A DNA stretch of 64,000 bases, from contig CAWJKZ010000025.1 in assembly GCA_963843575.1 (NCBI GenBank), positions 160,001 to 224,000 of the forward strand, written 5' to 3'. Below, one piece after another: positions 1-9,442 of this stretch. Under the pieces are notes generated by a model. The model saw nothing but the letters and a program-made list of their open reading frames with translations, was not told where the DNA came from and made no database searches. The stretch comes from an uncultured Acidobacteriota bacterium (GTDB lineage Bacteria > Acidobacteriota > UBA6911). How positions within the stretch are numbered: position 1 is the stretch's first letter; every line of letters starts with the position of its first letter. Both the position numbers and the translations under genes were made by a program.

Positions 1-152
1 TGTGCGGCAAGCGTGAGCCGGTAGCCGTTCATGACGGTGGTTACCACGGGAACCGCGATACCCAGCACGATGAAGGCCCCGCCGAGCACCATACCGAGTT
101 CGATCAGGGAAAACCCGGCCTGCCGGCCGGATGCCAAAGTGCGTCGAGACAT
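1..152 (-). CDS. Type IV prepilin-like protein (FimT/GspH-like), 5' part; runs off the window
   Basis: Not in the ORF track. Manual translation of the minus strand from ATG at 152: MSRRTLASGRQAG|FSLIELGMVLGGAFIVLGIAVPVVTTVMNGYRLTLAA, a G-F-x-x-x-E prepilin cleavage/methylation motif followed by a hydrophobic helix; RBS GGTGAGG upstream. Confidence 0.85.
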   Translation of the reverse strand, partial: MSRRTLASGRQAGFSLIELGMVLGGAFIVLGIAVPVVTTVMNGYRLTLAA

Positions 153-155
153 GCC

Positions 156-1382
156 TCACCTGCCGTTTCTTCCGCTGGCGGTGGCCGGGGGAACGCCATG
201 CGGCATTTGGGAATTTGGCGACTCGGGAACGACGTGTTCGGGATCGGCGTAGCGGTCCGGCTCCGGGCCGGCCTCGACGGTCGCCATGCGGCGCGTCTTT
301 GCGGTCACACCGCGCCTTATTGCCCTCCACTCGTCCGGGGTGATCTCCAGGAAGGCGGTCACGACCTTCGGGTCGAGCTGGATGCCGGCTGCAGACTCGA
401 TCTCCCTTCGGGCCACTTCGAAGGTAGAGGCCTGGCGGAAGGGACGGATCGAGGTCATGCAATCCAACGTGTCGGCGACCGCGAAAATGCGGGCTCCCAA
501 CTCGATGTCCTCCCCCTTGAGGCCCGCAGGGTAGCCGCCGCCGTCGAACCTCTCGTGGTGCTGGAGCACCAACCGCGCCGGACGCTGGAGGAAGTTGATC
601 CCCGAAAGGATTCGGTAACCGATCTCCGGGTGTTTGCGCATCAGGACCCACTCGGCTTCCGTCAGGGCGTCTCCTTTGCGGAGAAGCTCGTCGGGCACGC
701 CGATCTTGCCGATGTCGTGCAGAAGCGCCGCTTGCTCGATGACCCTGAGCTCCCCCTCCTCCACGCCGAGCTGGCGGGCAAGCCGCACCGCATAGGTCGT
801 CACCCGGACCGAGTGAAGATCGGCGTCGGCGTCACGGCTGTCGAGCGCCGCGCCGAGCGCCAGCAGCGTCGAGTGGTAGGTGTGCTGAAGTTCCTCGAGC
901 GTCTCCTTGAGCTGCCGCGTGCGGCTGGCGACCTGCTCCTCCAGGCTCTTCTGGTACCGTCGGTTCTCGACCAACAGCCGCCTCTTCTCCAGCGCACGCG
1001 CCACGCTGATGGACACTTCCTCAAGGCTGAACGGCTTCGTCACGTAGTCGTAGGCCCCGTCCTTCAGGGCCCCCACGGCCGTCTCGATGTCCGTCACCGA
1101 CGTGACCAGGACTACCGCGAGATCCGGGCAGTAATGCTGCGCCTCCTTCAGCAGAGCGATCCCGTCCGCCCCGGGCAACCTGAGGTCAGTGACCAGAAGA
1201 TCGAAGTGGGTCGATCGGAGGAGCGTCAGGCCGGCTTCGGCGTCTTCAGCCGAAGAGGCTGCGTACCCCAACTGGTTCATCTTGCGGACAAGAATCTCCC
1301 GCACGATGACCTCGCCATCGACGACCAGGATGCGGCTAGCCCGGACGTGGGGAGCCTCCAACGGATTGCCTGCCGTAGACAT
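156..1382 (-). CDS. Response regulator with HD-GYP cyclic-di-GMP phosphodiesterase domain (RpfG family)
   Basis: Receiver domain (ILVVDGE...LLVTDLRLPGADG...DYVTKPF) plus LLHDIGKIG, HHERFDGGGYP and AVADTLD motifs; start at MSTAGN chosen. Confidence 0.92.
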   Translation of the reverse strand: MSTAGNPLEAPHVRASRILVVDGEVIVREILVRKMNQLGYAASSAEDAEAGLTLLRSTHFDLLVTDLRLPGADGIALLKEAQHYCPDLAVVLVTSVTDIETAVGALKDGAYDYVTKPFSLEEVSISVARALEKRRLLVENRRYQKSLEEQVASRTRQLKETLEELQHTYHSTLLALGAALDSRDADADLHSVRVTTYAVRLARQLGVEEGELRVIEQAALLHDIGKIGVPDELLRKGDALTEAEWVLMRKHPEIGYRILSGINFLQRPARLVLQHHERFDGGGYPAGLKGEDIELGARIFAVADTLDCMTSIRPFRQASTFEVARREIESAAGIQLDPKVVTAFLEITPDEWRAIRRGVTAKTRRMATVEAGPEPDRYADPEHVVPESPNSQMPHGVPPATASGRNGR

Positions 1383-1467
1383 AAACCGCACTCTGCTCGG
1401 ACGCAAAGATGCCGACGCACACGACACCGGCGGCTGTTGGCATCCTTATCGGCGGCGCGTGTCCGGG

Positions 1468-2628
1468 TCAGAAGCCCTTTTTTGTGTCTTTTAGGGTGCA
1501 GCCGGGGGGTCCCGCTTGGACCTCGGGTTCGGGCGGCTTGACGCGACCATCCATCATCCCGGAGAGGTGCAGCGTATCGAGCGGGGCCTCGCCCATCGCC
1601 TCCTGCCAGACGATCCGGCTCTCCATGCAGAGATAGACGAGGACGCCTGGGGCGAATTCCCGCATCCACTCGCCCATGCGCTCGTATATTTCCTGCCGCA
1701 TGGGCCGGAAATAGCGAAGCTTCCCGTGGTGCGCGGGGACGAGTTCCCCGTACGGGATCCTGGACTTCGGGAACCGCCGCCGGGCGATCTCTCTCAACTG
1801 GGGCGTGAAGCGCAGCGCCCCGAGGCTAACCCACGCCACCCGGGACGGGTCCACGGCCGTGAAGATGTCCTTTACCGCCTGCCGGTATTCCTGCTCCCAG
1901 CCCTCGTAGTGCACGATGGGATCGAAGTGGAACCCCACCGGGTAGCCCCATTGCTGAACCCGGCGGGCAGCCTCGATCCGCTCTTCGAGGCCTGCTGCCT
2001 TCAGTTCCTCGGCACCGCAGATCCGCCTGGAGTTCACCGACCAGGAGACGACGGTGCGCCCGCGGTGCTCGAGACCCTCGAGATTATCTATGCGGTCGGA
2101 TTTGGTCTTGAGCTCGAGGACGGCGTTGGGCAGAGAGGAAAAGAGCGACACCAGCCGGATGGAATAGCCGGTGAGATCGTCCAAGGCAAGGGAATCGGCC
2201 GTCTCGCCGGTGCCGATCCGGAAAAAGCCGCTGGGAGCGGCCGAGAGCTTGTCCCGCACCTCGGCCTCCAGGTCTCGGAAATTGGTGAACACGACAAGGG
2301 ACGGGTTGTTGAGGAAGGCCTGGAGCACGCAGTAGGTGCACTCGATGTGGCAGTTCGAGGCAAAGTTCAGGACGTGGTAGTTACAGCATATCTCGGCCCC
2401 GGAGCCCGGACAAGGTTTCAGGAATTCTCCCTTGTGACGCGCCAGCACGAGCGTGCGCTTTCCGGAAGCCCGCGGGTCAGAACCGCGATGGAGTTCCGGC
2501 TGGATAGATTCGGGGTTCTCCACGGTCTGGACCGGGATGCCGGGGAGCCGGCCTACGATTTCCGAGGTGATCTCGTCGGCCCGGGCATCGGCCGAGATTA
2601 TGATCCTGTCGGGTCGATAGGGAAGCAT
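1468..2628 (-). CDS. Spore photoproduct lyase (SplB)-family radical SAM protein
   Basis: CxxxCxxC (CHIECTYC); FLKPCPG, RIGTGETADSLALD, LELKTKS, GFHFDPI and YLCMES motifs typical of SPL-like enzymes. Confidence 0.85.
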   Translation of the reverse strand: MLPYRPDRIIISADARADEITSEIVGRLPGIPVQTVENPESIQPELHRGSDPRASGKRTLVLARHKGEFLKPCPGSGAEICCNYHVLNFASNCHIECTYCVLQAFLNNPSLVVFTNFRDLEAEVRDKLSAAPSGFFRIGTGETADSLALDDLTGYSIRLVSLFSSLPNAVLELKTKSDRIDNLEGLEHRGRTVVSWSVNSRRICGAEELKAAGLEERIEAARRVQQWGYPVGFHFDPIVHYEGWEQEYRQAVKDIFTAVDPSRVAWVSLGALRFTPQLREIARRRFPKSRIPYGELVPAHHGKLRYFRPMRQEIYERMGEWMREFAPGVLVYLCMESRIVWQEAMGEAPLDTLHLSGMMDGRVKPPEPEVQAGPPGCTLKDTKKGF

Positions 2629-2630
2629 CG

Positions 2631-3588
2631 CTAGACCGTTTTGAACAGGGCGTCGAGCGCCGGGTTGGCGGCGGCTTCCGCCAGGGCGGAAGCGAGTTCA
2701 CGGAAAGAGTCGGCCGAGGAGGTCTCGAACTCCACCCGAACGCGCGCAGTTTCGAAATAGGGTTCGGGAGAAAGCCGGACGCAGCCCGGCAGGCCGAGGC
2801 GGCTCCTCTCGAGTGCGAAGCGCTCGTGCGCGCGTGTGAGGCGGGGATGGCGTTCCCGGTAAAGATGCTGATACACCTTCTCGCCGCGCTGGAACGGAGA
2901 GAGATGAGGCTCTTCGCAGAGGCGGACGATCTCGGGCCGCTGCAGGATCAGGGCCGGAGCGCAGGCGTCGGCCGCCGCGGTTTCCTCGAGGAGGTCCAGG
3001 GTCTGCCGCTGCAGGCTGGCGCTCAACCTGATCCGCTCCAGCAGCGCGGCCGCCTGCCGTTGGTCGGCCGGCGTCATGACCGCAAGCCGTTCGGCCGACG
3101 GCACCGTGATCCGTCCTTCCCGCAGCGCATCGCGGAGCCCGGGCACGAGGCCGTTCAGCCGCAGGTACGACCGCAACACATTCTTGTGCGCGGGGAGCCC
3201 CAGCACGGGGAGCCAGCGGTCCACCAGCTCTACCTCGGGGACGGCACACGTCCCCTGTAGCGTCGCCAGCGTTCGGGCGATTTCCAGCACCGTGAGGGTG
3301 CGGTGCGCCAGATTGTCCCAGACCGCGGTGTGAAACAGGGTGAGGGGCTCCGCCCCCGGCAGGAGGCGAGAGAGAATCCGCCCGCAGCCGATACGCTGCA
3401 ACGCGCGCACGCGACGAAAGCCGGTCACGACCCTGAAACCCGGCCGGCGCCTCAACAAGGAGAACGGGATTGAGCTGGCCAGCCTCCGACAGGGAACGCT
3501 GCAGAAGCTCCGACTCCAACTCGTCGCTGATGCGGAATGTTTCGTCGGTGCGATCGACCGACTCCGGCGCGATTTCCTCGAACATCAT
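2631..3588 (-). CDS. ParB/Srx N-terminal domain protein (frameshift near 3440)
   Basis: N-terminus LQRSLSEAGQLNPVLL (ORF 2698-3588) continues in another frame as FRVVTGFRRVRAL...DNLAHRTLTVLE (ORF 2631-3458), a ParB-like GxRR motif. Confidence 0.75.
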
Positions 3589-3850
3589 GCACGGAGCATA
3601 ACACGCCGCCTCGGCAATTCAGACACCGGCACCGGGATGAGTGCCCGTCCGACTTTCCGACGGGTGCGCTGCCGAAACCCTTGTCCGGGGCGCGGTCCGC
3701 GGGCCAGCGTCCCTGCCGCGGTCACCCTATTTGACTACTGGTTCGGTTGTAGTATATAAGCATTAACGCTCAATCCGAATCGGGTGTAGTCTTCGGGTGA
3801 CAGGAGTGTCGCCTGTCAGCGAACGACGCGTGCTCAGTAAAGGAGCCGGC

Positions 3851-4858
3851 ATGAAGTGCGAATCTGGATTTCATATGTGGCCGATCGCCACCGTTCTGAC
3901 CCTTGCCCTGTTCTGCTCGTTGCAGTCGCAGCCCGTTTTCGGCCAGGATCAGGAACCAAAATACACACAGGAAGAATACAAGGCCTATCAGGACATCACC
4001 GCCGAGAATGACACCGCGAAAAAGGTCGGGCTGGCGGTGAGTTTTCTCAAGCAGTACCCGAAGTCGGAACTGCGCCAGCACGTGGGTGCCGCCTTCGCGG
4101 CGGCCGTGAGCCCGCTGCAGAAAAGCCAGCAGTGGTCGCAGATCATAAACCTGGCGGAGCCCTACGCCGCCGTCGCCCCGGACGACACCTTCGCCATGTC
4201 GTTGCTGACCAACGCCTATCAGCAGACGAAGGGCTATTCGAGGTTCGTCGTGTTCGGCGAGAAGGTGTACGCCAGGCAGCCCAGCGGCAACCTGGCGTAT
4301 TACCTGGCAAAGGCCTACCAGGAACTGGGGAACGACCAGAAGTTCACGTTTTGGGGGGAGAAGACCGTCTCCCAGATGCCCGACAACCATGAGATCCTGG
4401 TGGAGTTGACGCGGAAATTCGCCCAGGCAAAGAGAAACGCCGAGGCAGGCAAGTACGCCGGCCTGTGCATCAAGGCGATGACGCAGGCGAAGAAGCCGGA
4501 AGGAACCGCGGACACGGCATGGGCTTCGTACAGGAGCGCCTCCCTCGCCACCTGCTACGCGGTCGCGGGCAACGTGGCCTACGAGAAGAACGATTACGCC
4601 GGCGCTATCGCCAACCTGGAGAACTCCGTCCGGAACTACAAGCGCAACGATCTGGCGTACTACTACCTGGGGCTGTCGTACTGGCAGCAGAACAAGGTGG
4701 ACGTCGCGATGCTGAACCTGGCAAAGGCGTTTCTTCTGAAGGGGAACGCATCCGCCTCGGCGAAGCAGCATCTCGACAACCTGTACAAATCGACCCACGG
4801 ACAATCGCTGGTCGGTCAGGACAGGGTATTGGCCCGTGCGCAGCAAGACCTGAAGTAA
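3851..4858 (+). CDS. Secreted tetratricopeptide-repeat protein
   Basis: RBS AAGGAG before ATG 3851; signal peptide; TPR-like helices (AYYLAKAYQELG, AYYYLGLSYWQQNK). Confidence 0.8.
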   Translation: MKCESGFHMWPIATVLTLALFCSLQSQPVFGQDQEPKYTQEEYKAYQDITAENDTAKKVGLAVSFLKQYPKSELRQHVGAAFAAAVSPLQKSQQWSQIINLAEPYAAVAPDDTFAMSLLTNAYQQTKGYSRFVVFGEKVYARQPSGNLAYYLAKAYQELGNDQKFTFWGEKTVSQMPDNHEILVELTRKFAQAKRNAEAGKYAGLCIKAMTQAKKPEGTADTAWASYRSASLATCYAVAGNVAYEKNDYAGAIANLENSVRNYKRNDLAYYYLGLSYWQQNKVDVAMLNLAKAFLLKGNASASAKQHLDNLYKSTHGQSLVGQDRVLARAQQDLK

Positions 4859-4863
4859 CCGCC

Positions 4864-5283
4864 ATGCCGGTCCGCACCTACCGTGAGCAGATCCGGACTC
4901 GGGGGGAATGCGACGTACTGGACATCACCGGGGTGGTGGGGTCGGCGTTGACCAGGAGTGGACTGGGCGACGGCCTGGTCAACGTCTTTGTTCCGGGCTC
5001 GACGGCCGCCGTGACGACCATCGAGTACGAGCCGGGAGCCGTTCAGGACCTCCGCGCGGCCATCGAACGCCTCGTACCGCGAGCGGCCGCCTATCAGCAT
5101 GACGCCCGCTGGGGAGACGGGAACGGATACAGCCACGTACGCGCCGCGCTGCTGAAGTCGGGCCTCTCGGTCCCCTTCCAGCGCGGCGCCCTGCTTTTGG
5201 GCACCTGGCAGCAGTTGATCCTGGTCGACTTCGACAACAGGCCGCGCACCCGCGAGATCGTAATTCAGGTGGTCGGCGAGTAG
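4864..5283 (+). CDS. yjbQ: YjbQ family (UPF0047) protein
   Basis: DITGVV...FVPGSTAAVTTIEYE...HDARWGDGNGYSHVRAALL...LGTWQQLILVDFDNRPRTR. Confidence 0.9.
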   Translation: MPVRTYREQIRTRGECDVLDITGVVGSALTRSGLGDGLVNVFVPGSTAAVTTIEYEPGAVQDLRAAIERLVPRAAAYQHDARWGDGNGYSHVRAALLKSGLSVPFQRGALLLGTWQQLILVDFDNRPRTREIVIQVVGE

Positions 5284-5331
5284 CGGGAGGCGGTCCTGCC
5301 TTCAAGACCTCAAACGCATCTTCGGCACGTG

Positions 5332-5358
5332 CGCAGAAAACCCACCCGGTTTTCTGCG
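5332..5358. terminator. Hairpin between convergent yjbQ and PilZ genes
   Basis: cgcagaaaacc-N5-ggttttctgcg inverted repeat. Confidence 0.35.
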
Positions 5359-5407
5359 GTGGCTTGACTGGCTTCCGGGGTAAGGGGCAGGTGTATGGTT
5401 CGGCGCC

Positions 5408-5749
5408 TCACCTGCGCGCCTTGACCGGCGCCAGCCGGAACTGCAGCAGGTGAGAGGGTTTGTACTGCGAGCGCGACCAGCGATACCCCGGGGCGAACGC
5501 GATCCCGACAAGATATACCGCGCCCTGCTCGATGCAATACTTGACGCGTCCGCGGAATTTGCCCGACGGGTAGGAGAGGGTCAACGGCGTGCCGGGATTG
5601 ATCGATTCCTCCAGCTGCACGCAGGCGCCCGTGCTCGAAATATCCTCCAGGGTGCCGAACTCTTCGTGTACCACACCCGCTCCATTTTTCCAGCGCACCT
5701 TCAGCAGGTCGGCGCACATGTTGCGATCTTCTTTGCGTTTCTTCTCCAT
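5408..5749 (-). CDS. Stand-alone PilZ domain protein
   Basis: RxxxR (RKEDR) and DxSxxG (DISSTG) c-di-GMP-binding motifs. Confidence 0.85.
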   Translation of the reverse strand: MEKKRKEDRNMCADLLKVRWKNGAGVVHEEFGTLEDISSTGACVQLEESINPGTPLTLSYPSGKFRGRVKYCIEQGAVYLVGIAFAPGYRWSRSQYKPSHLLQFRLAPVKARR

Positions 5750-5840
5750 GTCCCTTTTTATCGGCCGGGGGGTGGATTGTGATTATTGAGTTTTGCACAG
5801 GGGGACCACAATCGCAACCCTCAGTGCCGGCCGGTGCAGC

Positions 5841-6800
5841 CTACGACCGCGGAAGCGTCGAACCGGGGATATCCAGGTTGCCGCCGCTCAGGACGACCCC
5901 GGCCCTCGGTCCCGCGCCCGGGTACCGGCGGTGGAACAGGGGCGCAAGGCCAAGGACGCCCGTGGGTTCGACCACGAGTTTCAGTCTTGTCCAGACAAAG
6001 CTCATCGCAGCAAGCAGTTCCGGGTCGGTCACCGTCACCATGTCGTCCACATTCTGGAGCACCAGCGGGAAGGTATGCCGCCCCAGCGAGGTTGTGCGGG
6101 CTCCGTCCGCAATCGTATCCGGGTTTTTTACGGTCTGGAGTGTCCGGGTGTGGAAGGAGCGGGTTGCATCGTCACCCGCGGCCGGCTCTACGCCGACGAC
6201 CCTGCAGCCGGGCGCCAGGTCCCGGGCCGCAACCGCACACCCGCTCAGCAGTCCTCCGCCGCCGCAGGGAACAAACAGCTGGTCGAGCGGCCCCGTCTCT
6301 TCGATCAACTCCATCGCCGCCGTTCCTTGCCCGGCGATGATGTGCGGGTGATCGAACGGGGGGATGACCGCATACCCCTCCTCGTGCGCCAGCCGGAGCG
6401 CGATGTCTTCGCGTGACGCCGCAGCCGGGTCGTAAACCACCACCGCGGCGCCGTACCCGCGAGTCGCCTCCAGCTTGGTCGAGGGCGCGTTGTGCGGCAT
6501 CACAACCGTCGCCTTCACACCGAGAATCTGGCAGACGCGGGCTACCGCCTGCGCGTGATTTCCGGAGGAGTACGTAATCACGCCCCGGCGCATCTGCGCC
6601 TCCGGGAGGCGGCTAATGGCGTTGTAGGCCCCCCGGAATTTAAACGCCCCCACACACTGCAGGTTTTCGCATTTCAGGTACACCTTGCAGCCGCACGCGT
6701 CGTCCAGCAGCCGGGAGGTGAACACGGGTGTGCGCCGAACCACGCCCGCAAGACGACGGGCGGCGTCCGCTATGTCTTCAAAGGTCACCATGCCCGACAT
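5841..6800 (-). CDS. PLP-dependent threonine/serine (or threo-3-hydroxyaspartate) ammonia-lyase
   Basis: LKCENLQCVGAFKFRGA, SSGNHAQ, PPFDHPHIIAGQGT, CGGGGLLSG, VVEPTG, SGGNLD. Confidence 0.9.
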   Translation of the reverse strand: MSGMVTFEDIADAARRLAGVVRRTPVFTSRLLDDACGCKVYLKCENLQCVGAFKFRGAYNAISRLPEAQMRRGVITYSSGNHAQAVARVCQILGVKATVVMPHNAPSTKLEATRGYGAAVVVYDPAAASREDIALRLAHEEGYAVIPPFDHPHIIAGQGTAAMELIEETGPLDQLFVPCGGGGLLSGCAVAARDLAPGCRVVGVEPAAGDDATRSFHTRTLQTVKNPDTIADGARTTSLGRHTFPLVLQNVDDMVTVTDPELLAAMSFVWTRLKLVVEPTGVLGLAPLFHRRYPGAGPRAGVVLSGGNLDIPGSTLPRS

Positions 6801-6956
6801 TAAACCACAATAGCGCGCACGTCGCGCCCGCTTTCCAGCTCCTGGAGGTCCGCCGGCCGCATGGCCGTGGACCAGGTTTGCCGCGGTCTGTTGCCTTCGG
6901 GCGCTGCCCGGCATAGAATCCGGCAAACGGATCCGACGACACGATGGGAGGAGGAG

Positions 6957-8150
6957 ATGAGCATTCGGCGAGGGCGCATCGCACGCCGCGATTTCCTGGC
7001 GGGAGCGGCCGCCGGCGGCGGCCTGGCAATTGTCCATCCGCGTAGCGTGCGGGGCACCCAGGCAAACTCGGCGATTGAGATCGGCATCATCGGGGCAGGG
7101 GGACGCGGGGTCTGGCTGGGAGATCTCATCCACAAAAACACCGGGATGAAGGTCGTGGCACTCTCCGATCCTTTTGAGGACCGCCTCGCGCGAGGACGCG
7201 ACAGGCTCGGAGTCGAACCTGCACGTTCCCACCTCGGGATCGCAGGGTACCAGGAACTGCTGTCCTCGAAGCTCGACGCGGTCGCCATCGAGAGCCCGCC
7301 GTATTTCCACCCGGAGCAGACCGGGGCGGCGGTGCGCGCCGGCAAGCACGTCTACCTCGCCAAACCCGTCGCGGTGGACGTACCCGGCTGCAAGGCTATC
7401 ATCGACGCCGGGGAACGGGCAAACGGCCGGCTGAGTTTCCTGGTAGACTACCAGACCCGCAGCACCCCCTACTTCGTGGAAGCGGCCAGGCTGGTCCGTG
7501 ACGGGGCAATAGGGAAACCCTCATTCGGCCAAGTCTTTTACCACGCCGGCAGGTTGATGCCCCAGAAGAACTCCGCCGACTCGGCAGGGGCGGCGCGGCT
7601 GCGCAACTGGGTCTTCGACCAAGTCCTGTCGGGCGACATCATCGTGGAGCAGAATGTCCACGTCCTCGACGTTGCCAACTGGTTCCTGCAAGGTCACCCC
7701 ACCAGCGCCACCGGCAGCGGCGGCCGCAAGGTGCGCACCGACGTGGGAGACTGCTGGGATCACTTCATCGTAAGCTACCGCTACCCCGGCGACGTCCTGG
7801 TCGATTTCTCGTCCACGCAGTTCGTCCTGGGGTTCTCGGACCTGTGCTGCAGGATCTTCGGCACCCTGGGCACCGTCGACGCCCACTACGAGGGGCCCGT
7901 ATCGATCACCGGAAAGAACCGCTACGAGGGGGGCTCTACCAAGGGGATGTTCGCCACCGGGGCGATCGCCAACCTAAAGGCCTTCGAGCAGAGCATCCGC
8001 GACGGCAAACTCCTCAACAACGCCGAGGAGAGCGCGACCAGCTCCCTCACGACCATCCTGGGACGCAAAGCCGCATACGAAAACCGGCGCGTCTCCTGGG
8101 ACGAAATGATGAGCGACGCCACTCCCCTGAAGGCCGACCTCGTCCTCTGA
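6957..8150 (+). CDS. Tat-exported Gfo/Idh/MocA family oxidoreductase
   Basis: RBS GAGGAG; twin-arginine signal (ARRDFL); GAGGRG Rossmann motif; HVYLAKPVA; EQNVHVLD. Confidence 0.9.
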   Translation: MSIRRGRIARRDFLAGAAAGGGLAIVHPRSVRGTQANSAIEIGIIGAGGRGVWLGDLIHKNTGMKVVALSDPFEDRLARGRDRLGVEPARSHLGIAGYQELLSSKLDAVAIESPPYFHPEQTGAAVRAGKHVYLAKPVAVDVPGCKAIIDAGERANGRLSFLVDYQTRSTPYFVEAARLVRDGAIGKPSFGQVFYHAGRLMPQKNSADSAGAARLRNWVFDQVLSGDIIVEQNVHVLDVANWFLQGHPTSATGSGGRKVRTDVGDCWDHFIVSYRYPGDVLVDFSSTQFVLGFSDLCCRIFGTLGTVDAHYEGPVSITGKNRYEGGSTKGMFATGAIANLKAFEQSIRDGKLLNNAEESATSSLTTILGRKAAYENRRVSWDEMMSDATPLKADLVL

Positions 8151-8261
8151 GAAAGTGGGCGGGGGCGGCCCACCCCCGCCCCGTAAGAGGGGTCGCCCTC
8201 CGGATTGCTCGGTGCGCGCCTTTGCGGTAGGTTTCCCTCTTCACTCCTTTGCGGGACACCG

Positions 8262-9233
8262 ATGACACCTGAAACGATCACAATCCTCGTCCTCTCCGAC
8301 CCTGCCCGGCCGCAGATTCAAAGGCTGCGGGAACTCCCCTTCGTAAAGACGGCCGTCGGCCAGCATGTCGACGACCTGCGCGGCGCTGCGCCCGGCGCCG
8401 ACATCATCCTGAACTGGCTCGGCAACCGCCGGCTGCTCGAGGACGTCTGGGCGCTCGCGCCCAGGGTACGGTGGGTACACTACATGTGGGCCGGCCTGGA
8501 CGGCGTGCTGTTCCCCGAACTGCTGGAGAGTGCGGTGCCCGTCACCAACGGCCGCGGCGTGTTCAGCGAGGGCCTCGGCGAATTCGCCGTCGCGGCGATG
8601 CTCTACTTCGCGAAGGATTTTGGCCGCATGGGGCGCAGCCAGCGGGCGGGCCTGTGGGACCCTTTCGAGGTGGATTGGCTCAGCGGGCGCACCGTGGGGA
8701 TCGTCGGGTACGGCGAGATCGGCCGTTCGGTCGCACGAAGGGCAACCGCACTGGGGATGTCGGTGGTCGCCTTGAGACGACGCCCCGAGCTCTCCCAGGG
8801 CGATTCGCATATCGCCGGGATCTACGGGCCGGAGCACCTGCGCGACATGCTCGCCCGCACGGATTACCTCGTCGCCTGCGCCCCGCTTACCCCGGGGACC
8901 CGGGGCATGATCGGGTCAGGCGAGCTCGACGCCCTTCCACAGGGCGCGGTAGTGATCAACGTCGGCCGCGGGCCAGTCATCGACGAGGGCGCACTGGTGC
9001 GTGCCCTGGAGAGAAACCGTATCCGCGGCGCCGCCCTCGACGTCTTCGACACCGAGCCGCTTCCCCCGGGGCACCCGTTCTTCCGGCTGGAGAACGTCCT
9101 CCTATCCCCACACTGCGCAGACCGGACGCCAGACTGGCTCGACAACGCCATGCAGTTGTTCCTCGACAATCTCGAACGCTTCCGCTCGGGCAGACCGCTG
9201 CGCAACCTTATCGACAAGATGACCGGTTACTGA
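8262..9233 (+). CDS. D-2-hydroxyacid dehydrogenase family protein
   Basis: GIVGYGEIG, INVGRGPVIDE, AALDVFDTEPLP, LSPHCA. Confidence 0.92.
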   Translation: MTPETITILVLSDPARPQIQRLRELPFVKTAVGQHVDDLRGAAPGADIILNWLGNRRLLEDVWALAPRVRWVHYMWAGLDGVLFPELLESAVPVTNGRGVFSEGLGEFAVAAMLYFAKDFGRMGRSQRAGLWDPFEVDWLSGRTVGIVGYGEIGRSVARRATALGMSVVALRRRPELSQGDSHIAGIYGPEHLRDMLARTDYLVACAPLTPGTRGMIGSGELDALPQGAVVINVGRGPVIDEGALVRALERNRIRGAALDVFDTEPLPPGHPFFRLENVLLSPHCADRTPDWLDNAMQLFLDNLERFRSGRPLRNLIDKMTGY

Positions 9234-9442
9234 GGCGGGTCTCCGCAGCAGCACGTGCGTCCGGGCTTCAGAGATTGTCCAGCGGTTGAACCCGGAAGTG
9301 CAGCGGCTCGGTGCCGCCGCAGGCCGACGTCGCATCCCGCAATGCGGCGCGGGGGCGTCGAGGCGCCGAACACTCCGGTCATGGGACGTGAGCGTAAGCG
9401 GCGCCGACGCGCCGCACTTCCACATTGCCCTGACACGCGCCC

